Assembly: GCA_951406725.2 (NCBI GenBank)
Contig: OX597824.1
Location: 83,018,001 to 83,082,000, forward strand
Reading direction: 5' to 3'
From: Octopus vulgaris
Taxonomy: Eukaryota
Length of the DNA stretch: 64,000 nucleotides
Position numbers and translations under genes: made by a program. Positions 14,656 through 28,507 of this stretch are shown here, piece by piece; within the stretch, counting starts at the first letter, position 1; every line of letters starts with the position of its first letter. Below the pieces are notes generated by a model, which had not been told where the DNA came from, searched no databases, and worked only from the letters and a program-made list of their open reading frames with translations.

Positions 14656-16965
14656 ATTTAACCTTTAATGGTATTTTTTAATATGCTGGCCATTGATAAA
14701 ATTTTTTTCGAAAAATTTTATCCTATATTAGATGTATATATATATGTATATATATACTCTTACTCTTTACTCTTTTACTTTTTTCAGTCATTTGACTGTG
14801 GCCATGTTGGAGCACTGCCTATAGTCGAGCAAATTGACCCCAGGACTTATTCTTTGTAAGCCTAGTACTTATTCTATTGGTCTTTTTTCTTTTGCCGAAC
14901 CGCTAAGTTACGGGGATGTAAACACACGAGCATCAGTACTTAGCGTTTATTATTTAATCACTGGAATTTTAATTAAGGTTTTCATTTCTATATTATAAGC
15001 ATACACTGCTGTGTTTACTATGCTACATGAGGAAAAATTGGGGGTGGGGTGGGGGTCACAAAGCTCTTAATTACCTGAAGAATTAAGTGGTAATGCTGGT
15101 GCTGTGGTTGGTGGTGCTGGTAGGTTACTTATAGAGCCCTATATTACATGCTGAAGAATTTAATGGTGGTGCTGGTGTTGGTAGTGCTGGTGGTGGTGCT
15201 GGTGATGTTGCTGGTGGGGTGTGCATGGTTTAAGAGTACCCTCAATTAGTTTGGTATATCATGGCGCAACATAAATGGAAGAAATACAGATTTTGCTGAT
15301 TTTAAAATAATAAATCAACACCAGACATAATATATATATATATACATATGTATATATATGTATGCATGTATGTATGTATGTATATATGGCTGCATGTCAA
15401 TTAGTATATGGGGGCTATGGTCTCTATAACAGATGCTGTTGGAGAATCTAAACCTGAAATTATCATCCAATAAATAGAAATATTGTCAAGTTGTTGGAGC
15501 TTTTAAATCATCAAACATCATCATCATCATCACTGCCATGATCTTCATCCCATCATCATCATCAACAACATCATTTAAGATATGTGACCTCAAATGCTAG
15601 CGTCGAGCACATGACACAGTGACATTTGTTTTATCTAGCAAGTTTCAAACAGAAGCGAAAAGAAGCTTGTTGTCTACCCATCTGTCAGTCCGTATGTCTG
15701 TTATTGTTGTTGTTATAGTTTCCCTACTTCATTGGCCCCCAAACATGTAGACCTATGTTCAACTGTTTCATGTATTTTTTTTTTTTTTGTCAGAATCTCC
15801 ATTCTCTTTCTTTCATAAATCCTAAGACTCACAAGGCAAGAGTGAAACCCAGTTTTGCATAGCATATAAATGACTCTCCCCAGCATGGAACCCTAGTCGG
15901 CTGCAGGTTTAACTTCCCAGATAATGCTGGAATTCATTTACAGCTGAGCAGACTGGAAAAACATGAAATGAAGTGTTTTGCTCAAGAACACAACACATTG
16001 CACACTCTGGGAATTGAAACCATGACCTTAAGATTGTAAGTGCAACACTCTAACCATTATGCCATAAACCTTCACTTTTCCAAACACATTTTCCTTTTTG
16101 AAGCAGTGGGCTGTAATCTGAAGATGAATTGGCTGTTATTTCTAGCAATTTGAATAACCAACCCATTAGAAGCAGCCTTATCGGCCCAAAGCCTGTCTGC
16201 TGCTACCAGCCAATGAATGGAAAATCCAAGACATGCATGGAGATTGTCACTCAGTCTGAGTTTCCCATGTGTCATGATCGTTGCTCAATTAAACACAAAC
16301 TGATAACAGATTCAACAAAATCTTGTTATTCAAAGAAGACACCTCCCCACCAACCTAAAATAGGTGAGGAGGCAGCGGTAACCATTCTTAACTAATTCCC
16401 ATCGTTCCACCCAGTTCACCTAATAAACTAAAGTGTTTAGTATGCCTCTTCTACAAAAGCTTCTTTTACTCAGATCTCGCTGGTCTTGTGCTTTGCCCAC
16501 GAAAACACTACCAATACATTTTTCTCTCCCCACCCCTCTCATCACTCTTGTTTCCAACCGCCCCTGCCAGGGGCTTAGTCCACCTTCTGCAGAACATTGG
16601 CCTTCTGGAAACTCTAATAGCATCATATTGGAGCTCACCGGTCTCAGAGGGCATGCAAAGATCATGGGCATTGCCCTTCCTTCAGACCCAGCAAGTACAA
16701 AAAAAACCCCCAAATCCTATATTAAAAACATTTATATTCTTACATTTCCTGAAGTTGCTATGCAAAACAAAAGGAACAAACCCCACAAAAATCAAGGTTT
16801 CTCTGACACAGCAATACTCCTGTACCACTAGGGGCTGAATGTAAGTGCCCTCCTTAATGAACAATTCCCAGATCACTAGATAAATATATATGGTCTGTCT
16901 CATGTCTGTGCTGCCCCTACAAGGAACTGCTCCTTATCTGTCTGACTACTTTTAGATAATTTTCT

Positions 16966-17630
16966 TAACCCTTTCGTTACCAACCCAGCAGAAACTGCCT
17001 CTGGCGCTGAGTACAAATGTCTTGTTTTCATAAGTTTTGAATTAATATCATCCACCAAACCTTAGTCATAATTATGTTCCTAACACTAGCTTAATGATAA
17101 CCAAGTTATTTTACTAAATTCTTTGTTATATTTAAAGTAAATGAAAGAAACACAGAGTATCTCAAAATAAATACAGTGAAGAAAGGGTCAATCATCTCTT
17201 TGAGAGTTGTCAGGAACTGTTGACCAGCAAGAGCTAAAACCATAGGCTGCTGGAAATCCTTATCCATTCTTTGGCTTCCAAAAGCTTCAGCTCACCTTCA
17301 GATTTTCAGTTTGGGAAGGGAAATATTATTACAGATACTCAGTTTATTAAAAGTAGGGGTTCCCTTTTATTTTTATTTATTTTATATTTTATTCTAGTCA
17401 TTTAATGGCTTCGTTACCAACCCGGCTGAAACTGGCCTCTGGCTCTGTAGTACAAATGTCTTGTTATCATAAGTTTTGAATTAAAATCTTCCATCAAACC
17501 TTAATCACAATTTATGTTCCTAATACTAGCTTAATGATAACTAAGTTGTTTTACTAAATTCTTTGTTATATTTAAAGTAATTGAAAGAAACAGAGAGCAA
17601 CTCAACAGAAATACAGTAACGAAAGGGTTA
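16966..17630 (+). mobile_element. Two copies of a roughly 225-bp piggyBac-type MITE (family P1)
   Basis: TTAA-CCCTTTCGTTAC...GTAACGAAAGGG-TTAA termini. Copies at 16966-17191 and about 17405-17630. Confidence 0.82.
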
Positions 17631-19049
17631 AAGAAGTTTGTTTAAAAAGCTTTGTATGCTCCACTGGCCAATTATTACAACAAGGTTGGGAAAAAGATTA
17701 ATATCCAAAATGTGGGATATCATACACGCAATCAGAATGTCATGTAACAATCCCAAAAATGGTATGAGATGTGTGTGGGATTCTGATCAGGAGACGTTGG
17801 ACATTATTTAAATATTTTATAACGTTTGTTTGATGAATCATAAATAAATAACACATGAATGATTAACGTACAATTGACATATATATACATTTATATATGT
17901 TTGAATAGAGTGAGTCATGTCACACACATTCACATGCACACAAGGCAGGTTTCCCCAAGCACTAGTCAGGATATTGCTATTTTTGAAGAAATTTAAATAT
18001 ATGGACAGATGACTAGGTTGAAGAAAATTATGGCCTCTGGCTGTGTTGAGGAGGTGAGAGATCTCATCTAGATACAAGAAATTAATTTAGCATAGTTAAC
18101 TCCTTCAGGTAAACTTGGTAAGCTGTTTAATCCTTCAGTTGATGATGGATATGGTCTCCATGAGCAAGGAGCTAATAAGCAGTCATAATATTTTAATCGC
18201 TGATCTAAGGAGGAGAGGTAACAGAGAGAGAGTGGATGGGAGGGCAGAGAGAAAATAAGGGCTCTAGGATGCTGGCAAGCAAGCAAACCAGTAGGTAAGA
18301 AGATAAGAAGCCCCTATAAATAACAATCCAATGCATCCTTTCCTTTTAAGATTTGAGGGAAGAGTTTACTGTTATTTTTAGCTATAATAGTGAGGCCTTT
18401 ACATGGGCCACTATTTCAAATCCTGGTGACAATAAAGAGAGCAAAAAGATAAATTTTAAAAAAATAGGAGGAGATTATGTAAAGAAGCTGTTGACATTTT
18501 AGTTTAATTTTAAGCTTGCTATTTCTTTACTGTCACTAAGATGTGTCGTTTGGCAAGGCAAAGAATGATTATTACGCTATTCTATTACAAAGACAAAACA
18601 CTAAAATATATTTATAAGGACTTATATATGAACCAGACTCCAATCTGATCTGGCAGAATTAGGAAGGGCATCCAGACCTCAGTCAAATCGTCCAACCCAT
18701 GGAAAGCGGACATTAAATGATGATGATGATGAAGTAGAATGAATCAAAACATGCACACAAACACACAATAAGTGAATAAGGAATTATTTGCTCAGTGGTA
18801 GATGTACTACTACAATTAGTTGTTATACAATCCTTGAATTTGCTGAGTGATTAATTATTACTAATTGATTAATGATGCAGTAATTTTTTGATTAATGAAT
18901 AGTACTGTTGATTGATACTCCTTTTGAGCACACACCATTAGCCAAACCTTTACATGAAGTGCTACAGAGTGGCAAGCCTGGATCAGAGAGATCTCTGCTG
19001 CTTTGATATATAAATATATATAATAAAAATAGATGAATGGTTTCCGAGT

Positions 19050-19152
19050 GTTGCTACAATTGTTTCATTAGGAGATTTTATTTTGATGTAATCCTAATAC
19101 AATTATTTAGATTACACAATACATTATGCAACTCCCACGTTCATCAGACAAC
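19050..19152 (-). ncRNA. Candidate type I hammerhead ribozyme (minimal palindromic helix III, long helix II)
   Basis: Minus strand: GUUGU-CUGAUGA-[74-nt hairpin with UGGGAG/CUCCUA and UGUAAUC/GAUUACA]-GAA-ACAAUUGU-A^GCAAC. Full catalytic core, GUA cleavage triplet, 5-bp helix I extendable by CGAG/CUCG. Confidence 0.8.
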
Positions 19153-19199
19153 TTCTCGAAATAAGAGAATCAATAGTTTGTTGGGTAATTCACACAAAC

Positions 19200-19687
19200 A
19201 CAATCTCCTCAAAGATATACATCATCTTGAAAGAGTCCAGAAGCTGGCTACCCGCATGGTTCTTGGTCTCAAGCATTTGTCTTATGAAGAAAAAAGGCTG
19301 AAGACGCTCGACCTTTATTCTCTAGAAAAATGCTGCCGCCGTGGTGATCTCATTCTCGCTCACAACATCATAAGCAGAAAGTGTAACCTCTCAAAAGAGC
19401 TGTTCTTCACTCCTGCTCCAGAGCGTCAGCTGCGGGGTCACTCCAAAAAGCTCTATCTGCGACGATTTCATCTCAATCGAAGGAGAGTGGCTTTCTCCGT
19501 CCGGGTTGCAGATCCGTGGAATAAGCTGCCGGACGAGATAGTTAAGATGCCGACGACCACTCGGTTCAAAGTCTCTCTTGACCAGAAATGGCCTGAACTC
19601 TTTGCATGGACACCCTCCCTGTACATAACTTCATGTCCCCCTACATGGCCTTGCTTTTGCTTTTTGAGCCAAAAAATTAACTTAACA
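19200..19687 (+). mobile_element. 5'-truncated CR1-like LINE (ORF2 C-terminus and 3' UTR)
   Basis: DIHHLERVQKLATRMVLGLKHLSYEE...RRGDLI...LRGHSKKL...FSVRVADPWNKLP, typical CR1 ORF2 end. Second copy at 49272-49576. Confidence 0.9.
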
Positions 19688-20117
19688 TACACACCTAAGA
19701 TTTTGATAACACAATAATATGGCTATCAAACAATGTGGTTCTATAATTCTTTGAAACCCTTAAAAAAATGAATCTACTTAGGCCTTGTGATGCTGAGAGG
19801 ACCCAAACAGTTTACAACTGCAGAGCAAATGTGCCATAGGTTTTAAGCTTAATTCTACGTTGGTAACTTAACGGTCCTTTCAGAAATTAGTGCTGCTTCT
19901 GACATTTTAAAAAATTCAGTTTGTCACTGAAATACATTTACCTGTTGTGAAATAAAAGGGTCAGAGGGTTGTTGTAATTCCAGAGGATATACTCTTGAAC
20001 CTTGACAGTAAAGTGAAGAAATATTGGACTGTAGATTGCAAATATTACAGTTTCGGCTCTTTCAAACCCTTGACACAATTCATAGAATACCATTTCTATG
20101 GTACAAATAAGAAACAG

Positions 20118-20139
<22 letters not shown>

Positions 20140-20156
<17 letters not shown>

Positions 20157-20532
20157 CTGAAGTTGACTGTGTATAGCAGGTTTGGTAGCCTTCAACTAAC
20201 ACTATCTCCTCCGAGACCCTGCAGCGCAAGTTGACCAAAATTGAGAGTATGATAGAAGAAGGCTTGCTCTTCCTTCCTTAAAAGATAAAATTCAAATCAG
20301 ACCATGTTAACACCAAAAATTGTTTACATCAAAATGGCGCTTTTTTTTCTATGAAAATCCCTATTTTTTATGATTTTTTGACTGCTGTGTCGCCATTTTT
20401 CGGTGTATTTCAACCAGAAAAATGTTCACTTAAAGAGAATAACAAGCTACATAATGCAAAACTTTTACTTTGCAAAAATTCCAATTCTAAAGGGTCAAAA
20501 CAAACGTGAGCAACGCCAGGCGATACTGCTAG
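20140..20532 (+). mobile_element. Non-autonomous Helitron
   Basis: Begins in TATATATAAAG and ends gtgagcaacgccaggcgatactgCTAG|T, a Helitron-type subterminal GC motif plus CTAG. Confidence 0.65.
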
Positions 20533-20573
<41 letters not shown>

Positions 20574-21408
20574 CATCATCAAAGTCATAACATCTATTTT
20601 CCATGTTGGCATGGGTTCGATAGTTTGACATGGTCTGCCATGTCACAGGGCTGCGTCGAGCTCCAATTGCATTCAGCTCTCCTGAGAGTTTCTTACAACT
20701 ATATATGTACATGTATATATGTGTGTGTGTGTATGTACGTCTGTGAGTATAAACATATGCATGTGTGTGTGTGTTTATACACACACACACACACACTAAA
20801 GTGCTTCTTTGCCTACTAACACTAGAGGTGTGTTAACTCAACAGCTGAAAAATTGGGTGATATACAATGTCGGTGAGCTTCTAAGTCAATTGAACACCAA
20901 CAAAATAAGGGGACAGCGGAAAAAGGAATGAGAAAAAGGAAGACAGAGAGAGAGAGAGAGGGGGAGGAAGGAAGAGAAGAAACGATAGGCAGAGAGAAGG
21001 AGAGCAAGAAAGCGAGGGAGCGAGAAAGAGGAGGGGTAAGGTGATACAGTTGACTAGATTAAACCCTCTATCCCAGTATATTACTGGTATGTATGCTGTT
21101 GATCTACTCATCCCCTTCCTTCTTTTCCAACTTACTTACTCCCCTTCCACCCAGAAGACGAAAAGTGTATTTAACAGCAGCTGGGATTCGAGACTAAAAA
21201 AATAGACACAAATAAAACAACAAAAAGAAAATCAAAAATACCCTTAGAGATGAGAAGGAATTCTTTGAGGTATATTGGTAGGTGCTGGACATTTTCCCAT
21301 CTTCGCCAGTGCGATGGGATATGGTAACATGAAGATCCCTTACTCCAATGCAAGGTGATAAAAATTTGTAGAGATACAGTGAGAGGTTTGGTGGTTGCAA
21401 GAGCTAAT

Positions 21409-21705
21409 GGAATCAACACCTGCAGGTGGTGTGCAGCTGATAGAATTAACACCTGCAGATGATGCACAGCTGATGGAATCAACACCTGCAGATGGTGTGC
21501 AGTTGATGGAATTAACACCTGCAGATGGTGTGCAGCTGATGGAATAAACACCTGCAGATGGTGCACAGCTAATGGAATCGACACCTGCAGATGGTGCACG
21601 GCTGACGGAACCAGTACCAATACATGGTGAATGGCCGATAGAATTCAAAGCAATACAAAATGCAGAGCTGGTGGAATTAATGTCAATGCAAGGTGCTTAG
21701 CTGGA
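21409..21705. repeat. 33-bp minisatellite (6 good plus about 3 degenerate units)
   Basis: Unit ggaatcaacacctgcagatggtgtgcagctgat at 21409, 21442, 21475, 21508, 21541 and 21574. Confidence 0.92.
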
Positions 21706-22853
21706 TGGAATCATAGATGATGGAATCAGCACCTTTGCATGATGTACACCTGATGAAATCGTCACCATTCCATGGGATAGATGTGATGATAATTTTACCA
21801 ACCATCTTCAACACCACCGTCATTGCCTCTTGAGAGAATGAAAGGCAAAGTAAAGACCTTGGTTGGAATTCAGTTCATGGGAGAGGTAAGTGTTAAAAAA
21901 ATAATGATTAAAAAATAGTGCAAAGGTATTTTAATTAGTTACGGTGTTTCTTATTATTTCTGCCACACTACCATGTTATCTTGGTTGGAAAATTTTACAA
22001 CAAAAAAACTATCTTCATTGATATGAAATGGGGTGTGTCAATGATAAAACTATAAATATATATACATATATATACATACATACATACACAAACATATATA
22101 TATATCCACATACACACAAATGCTTATCTAAACAAATATATATGTGTGTGTATGTATATATGTATATACACACATAGATGTGTGTGTATGTAACAAGAAT
22201 TATAAGCTTTTACTGTATATTGATTATAGAAAATAGTCTACTGTCAGGGTACATAAACCCCTAAAGGCGTAAATTAAGATGGGTATTAGTACACGAGGGA
22301 ATCAAACCTTTACATATGCACACACAGTGATGACAATACTGTAAGGAAAAGTTAAGTACACCATTATATAAAAATAAAAATTAGGGGGAAAATAAAAAGA
22401 AGAAAAAAGGAAGAAAAATGCAAAAAAAAATGTGATTGTTTATTCAGCCTACAACCCCAGCAGTGACAGTATACAGTGTTGACCAAGTGTGTGTGTGTGT
22501 GTGTGTGTGTGTGAGGATGGGTGAGGATAGAGGGGAGAAGGGCCATACAGTCAGCTGCTCCAGCAGTGGCAACAATTCTAGCAACATACGATGACGGGCA
22601 AATAACGTGGTGTTTAGAAGTGATAATCGTTTTTTCTCTTCAAACGTTTAAGGGAACTGTTATTCAGCTGTGCAGCTAGTGTAATATCGTCGCTAAAGAC
22701 ACACAACAACAACAACAGCAGTGCTAACGAGGCTGACAATGATGGTTGCAGTGGTGATGGTGGTGGTGGCAATAACACATATTTGAAAAGCGAGGGGGGA
22801 AGCTGAAAGGCCAGACATGGTGCAATTTTTCGGGAATAATAATAATAATAATA

Positions 22854-23067
22854 ATCTTTTCTACTACAGACAAGAGGCCTGAAATTTGTGGGGAGGGGGC
22901 CAGTCGATTTGATCAACCCCACTATGCAACTGGTACTTAATTTATCGACACTGAAAGGATGAAAGGCAAAGTCGACCTCGGCGGAATTTGAACTCAGAAC
23001 CCGAAGACAGACGAAATGCCACTAAGGATTTTGCCCAGCATGCTAACGATTGTGCCAGCTCACCACC
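22854..23067 (-). mobile_element. Family-A SINE, full length
   Basis: Head, core and ggcc..tgtagtagaaaagattattatt tail. Confidence 0.82.
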
Positions 23068-23082
23068 TTAATAATAATAATA

Positions 23083-23240
23083 GATAAATCATCATCGCTT
23101 GGAACTGCAAGAATTCTCTGCAAGGTTCTTGAAGCATGATCAGTAAACCAGTGTCACCTTAGTCCAGTGGTTGTGGACAGCTGACACTTTCCATCATACC
23201 CAGCAAAATGAAACTGGAGAGTTTTTCTTCATGATATAAT
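23083..23240 (+). mobile_element. 3' tip of an R4/Dong-like (RLE) non-LTR retrotransposon
   Basis: KSSSLGTARILCKVLEA* resembles the LLGTARILRKVL terminus of this group. Adjoins (TAA)n. Confidence 0.55.
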
Positions 23241-23397
23241 AAACAGTGGTTATTTTCTAACATAAGCACAAGGAAACAAATTTTGGCAAGGAAGGAAGGA
23301 AGGAAGAATTTAGTTGATTGAATTCCAACACCCACCCTCTCAATTCTTGATTGGTTGATGGTAATTATATGCTTTTTTAATCAGACCTCGGAATGAT

Positions 23398-23431
<34 letters not shown>

Positions 23432-24664
23432 CCCTGACAGGATTTGAAATTAAAATTCCTGCCAAAGCCAAATAACAGCAACAACACCATTAATACACAA
23501 ACTCTTGACAAAAAAAGAAAAAAAAGGATTTAAGGGAGAGTAAAAAGTAAGGATCAAGATTAACCCCTTATGAAACATTATTAGCATCTTGGTCTTTCAG
23601 TTCTGTGTTAATATTTATACAGGCTTCGACATTAATCTAAAATATCTTTGGCAGTGGTGGAATGTCCAGAGTAGAAAGACTGGAATTGCAGTGGCAGCAG
23701 TGGTAGTGGTGGTGGTGGTGGTGGTGAAGGTGGTGAGGGAGCAAGGGTTAGCAGTGATGACAGTGTGTGGGTGTGTGTGTGTGGTCAGGGAGCAGTGTAG
23801 AGGGATAGCAGGGGTAAGTGGTGGTGGCTGTCTGATTAGGGAGCACAGTGGCCTCTTGGGACTAAGGGGGGGTGGTTGATAGGGGGTTAGTGTAAGCTTG
23901 CAGTAAGCTTTAATAGATTATTAATACAAGTATGTTATTGTCGAAAAGTAGGTGGTGGCGGTGGTGAAGGCGGTGGCAGCAGTGGTGGTGGTGGTGGTTG
24001 TGACAGCAGTGATGGTGGTGGTGGTGGGGGTGGTGGAGGTAAAGGAGTTAGTCCTCCTGAACAATGCTGATATGGTGTTGGTGGTGTTAGTGGCGGTGGC
24101 GGTGAGCAGTGGAAGTGGAGGATCTTATTCCACCTGTACAAAGTTAATGTGGTGGTGGTGGTGGTGGTGGTGGTGGTAGCAGTGTTGAGGCAGCAGTGAC
24201 ACAAAAATATACAAAGAAATAACAATAATGACTAATGGTAAGTTCAATGGTGCGGTGATGAGGGTGGTGGTGGTGGTGGTGGTTCATAAATGCTACCAGT
24301 AAGAGGGAGAGAATAACGATGATGGTGGTGATGATGATGATGATGATGATGATGATGGCAGAAGTTATTCCATGCTAAAGGAAGGGATGATAAAACGAAA
24401 AAAAAAAAAAGAAAAGATAAAGAAAAGAAAAAAACAAACATAAAAGCAAAAACCAAATACTGTTAATAAAAAAAAAATAATTACAATAATTGTCATTTTG
24501 TCATAGCCAAAAAGCCAGAAATTTGTGGCATATGGGGGGTTATCTGATTACATTGACACCATTACATAACTGGTACTTCATTTTATTGCCCCCACCACAC
24601 CCCCAGAAGAATGAAAGGCAAAGCTGACCTCTACAATACTGTATCATAATAATAATAATAATAA

Positions 24665-25985
24665 TGGTTTCAAATTTTGCCACAAGGGCAGCAATATTTT
24701 GGGGAAGGCAGATAAGTCAAGTACATCGAACCCCAGTGTTTCACTGGTACTTAATTTATCAACTCCAAAAGGATGAAAGGCAAAGTCGACCTTGGTGGAA
24801 TTTGAACTCAGAACATGAAGACAGACGAAATGCTGCTAAGCATTTCGCTCAGCATGTTAACGATTCTGTTACCCCACCACCTTAATAATAATAATAATAA
24901 TTATTATTATTATTATTATTACCGTTATTATCAAAAAGCAGCAAGCTGGCAGAATTGTCAGCACACCGGGTGAAATGCCTAGTGGTATTTTGTCTGTCCT
25001 TACATTCTGAGTTCAAATTCCGCTGGGCTCAACTTTGCCTTTCATTCTTTTGAATGATTGAATAAGAACCAGTTTTGCACTGGGGTCGATGTAATCGACT
25101 TAAACCCTTCGCCCAAATTTGAGGCCTTGAGCTTCCAGTAGAAAGGATTATTATTATTATTATTGATTGTTAGCACACTGGGCGAAATGCTTAGTGGAAT
25201 TTCTTCTGCCTTTACATTGAGTTCAAATTCCACTGAGGTTGACTTTGTCATCCTTCCAGAGTCGATAAATTAAGTACCAGTTACGTACTGTGGTTAATCT
25301 AATCAACTGGCTCCCTCACCCAAAATTTTGGGCCTTGTGCCTATAGTAGAAAAGATCATTTTTATTACAGTTTGTAATTATGGCACAAGGCCAGCAGTTT
25401 TGAAGGGAGTAGAAAATCCATTATATCGACTGGTACTTTACTTTATTGACCCTGAAAGGATGAAAGGCAAAATCAGCCCTGGCAGCATTTGAACTCAGAA
25501 CATGAAGAGCCAAAAGAAACGTCACTAAGCATTTTGTCTGTCACGCAAACAACTCTACCAGCTCACTGCCTTATACTTGTATAATGACCCTTTCTAAAAT
25601 AGGCACAAGGTCCGACATTTTAGGGGAGAGGATTAGTCAATTACATTGAGCCCAACATTCAACTGGTACTTATTTTATCGACCCCCAAAGGAATGAAAAG
25701 CAAAGATGACCTCGGTGGAATTTGAACTCGAAACGTCAAGATGGACAAAACGCCACGAAGCATTTAGCCTGGTACACTAACGATTCTGCCAGCCTGCTAC
25801 CTTCCTTGATATAATGATCTTCTCTACAAAAGGCACAAGGCCTGAAATTTTTTTGTAGTGGTGGTGTTTGGGGCCCTAGTGGTTTACATTAACCACACGG
25901 CAGAATTTGAACTCAGAATATAAAGACAGACGAAATACTGGTAAGCATTTTGCCCTGCATCTTAATGATTCTGGCAGCACATTAC
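24665..25985. mobile_element. Dense cluster of family-A SINEs in both orientations
   Basis: Copies at about 24665-24882 (-), 24937-25146 (+), 25165-25357 (+), 25380-25572 (-) and 25588-25802 (-). Confidence 0.82.
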
Positions 25986-26022
25986 CTTGTTCCCTAATAT
26001 AATAATAATATCAAATATATAT

Positions 26023-26242
26023 TACTCTTACTCTTTTACTTGTTTCAGTCATTTGACTGCGGCCATGCTGGAGCACCGCCATTAGTCGAGCAACTCGACC
26101 CCGGGACTTATTCTTTGTAAGCCCAGTACTTATTCTATCGGTCTCTTTTTGCCGAACCGCTAATTGACGGGGACGTAAACACACCAGCATCGGTTGTCAA
26201 GCAATGCTAGGGGGACAAACACAGACACACAAACACACACAC

Positions 26243-26297
<55 letters not shown>

Positions 26298-26462
26298 CGA
26301 CAGGCTTCTTTCAGTTTCTGTCTACCAAATCCACTCACAAGGCTTTGGTCGGCCCGAGGCTATAGCAGAAGACACTTGCCCAAGATGCCACGCAGTGGGA
26401 CTGAACCCGGAACCATGTGGTTGGTTAGCAAGCTACTTACCACACAGCCACTCCTGCGCCTG
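26023..26462 (-). mobile_element. Family-B tRNA/CORE-type SINE with internal TA/TG microsatellite
   Basis: Head GGAGTGGCTGTGTGGTAAG...GGTTCAGTCCC, CORE-like CTTGGGCAAGTGTCTT, 3' end GAAACAAGTAAAAGAG. Confidence 0.85.
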
Positions 26463-27302
26463 TATTATATATATATATATAATACAAAAAATGGCAATGA
26501 TGATGATGATGGTGGTGGTGATGAAGATGAAGATTATGATTGTGATAACGACAAGACAGTTATATGAAGAAAATAACCTTTACAATTAGGATGATAATAG
26601 AAGCAGAGGAAAAACATTTTCTAAAACAGACACAGAGCCACAAAGTTTTGTGTAGAGGGGACGTAAGAAGGGAGATACTTGACGATATCCACACCCTATG
26701 GCCAGTACAGGACTGGGACCCTATTTTACCAACCCCCCTCCCAACACCACCCTTGCCCCTGCCCCTCCAAAGAGATGAAAGGCAAAGTTGAATTCAGCAG
26801 GTTCTTTTTTTTTTTTTTTTTTTTCGAAAAACTCAGAATGTACAGAGGTGTCACTCAACACACCAACAAGGCATTTTGTGTGACGCTCTACCGATTCTGC
26901 TATCCGGAAATATAAAATGAAGAATATAAAAATAACTTAAAACAGCAGCATGTGGTGATATACAAACGAGATTGGTGTAAAATGGGACATGAGATATAGG
27001 CTTTGAGGTATTGAATAAATAATATATATGTGTGTGTTTAAGTGAGTGTATGTGCATATATAGGTGTGCGTGTATATATATATATAGGTGTGTGTGTGTA
27101 TATATATATATAGGTGCATATGTATATATATATATGTATATATATTTTGGTGTAAGTATGTCTTGAGGATGCAGAGGGGCTAGCATGGGACCACCCGTGA
27201 TGGTGAGCACAGGTGGACCTAGTCGGCTCTCCGAATGATGTTACCTCTGGGACCACTAACATAAAATGACTCCAGCCCTATCAAGCAAGCGCACAAAGCC
27301 AA

Positions 27303-27342
<40 letters not shown>

Positions 27343-27423
27343 TAGATAGATAGATAGATACATACATACATACACACACATGTACATATATAAACATGTA
27401 TACAGAGATATATGTATGCATGC

Positions 27424-27454
<31 letters not shown>

Positions 27455-28321
27455 CACACACATACATACACACACACACACTTATGTATAAATATATGTG
27501 TTTATATATTTATATATGTATATAAGCATTACCAACAGAAATCAGACCACAAATGTGTTATTGTTGCAGCAAAGAACTGAAAACTCCCCCACAAAAAAAA
27601 AGCTATTGGTAGCCTTGGTTTTTGGTGGAAAGATAAAGCTTTAGAAAACTTCAAGAAGAGGGGGAAGGACTAGATACAAAAAAAAAAAAAAAAAATAGAA
27701 AGAAACTGAAGAATTTCTGAAAAAAAAAAAAAATGTGCATGAAGAGATGATGGCTGTAGGTGAAAAAATAGGGTGATAAACATGTTGAATGCAGAAGGGG
27801 TCTTTGAGGGAGGTAGCAGAAATAAATTCCTTAAAAATTAGTTTTGTATCCACTTCTCAGCAATTTCTCTTCTTTTTCTTTCTTTCTGTCTTTTTCTCCT
27901 TCTTTCTTTCTTTATTTCTTTCATTTTGTTTGTTTATTTATTTATTGATTTATTTTTTCTTTCTCTCCAGTCTTGAAATGGACAATCTTCAGAAGAAGAA
28001 AGGAAGAAGAGGTATATATACGACAAAACAAAACCGTTTTTTTTCCGATATTCTCAATTACTATTCCATATTCTTTTGGTTTTTTTTTTTTGTGTGTTCC
28101 GTCAATGATATTAATAACATTCATAATAATAATAATGATAATAATAATAATAATAATAATGATAATAACCGTAATCATAATAATAATAATAAGCACCACA
28201 GGAGAAAAAAAAGAGGGGGTGGGGAGAAGAAAAACATTTTTTTTTTTCTAAATGAAAAATTTAAATATGGAAGAGGTTTCATGTTGGCCGTTTTTGTTTT
28301 TCTTGTTTTGTGATTTTTTAA

Positions 28322-28355
<34 letters not shown>

Positions 28356-28475
28356 GTATATATATATATGTATATATATGTATATATATATATAAATATA
28401 TATGTGCTAATTCATTTTTTAGAGATTACAATTTGTTTGTCTTTTCTCTTTTGCAATGTGTCATTCTTGCTCTCG

Positions 28476-28507
<32 letters not shown>

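Noticed and set aside
16072-16903. Several overlapping 67-132 aa ORFs in non-repetitive sequence
   Set aside because: No recognisable domain or consistent splice structure.
21171-21648. Minus-strand ORFs of 149 and 102 aa, and a CRISPR-like appearance
   Set aside because: The ORFs are open only because of the 33-bp unit. There are no unique spacers or cas genes, and the context is eukaryotic.
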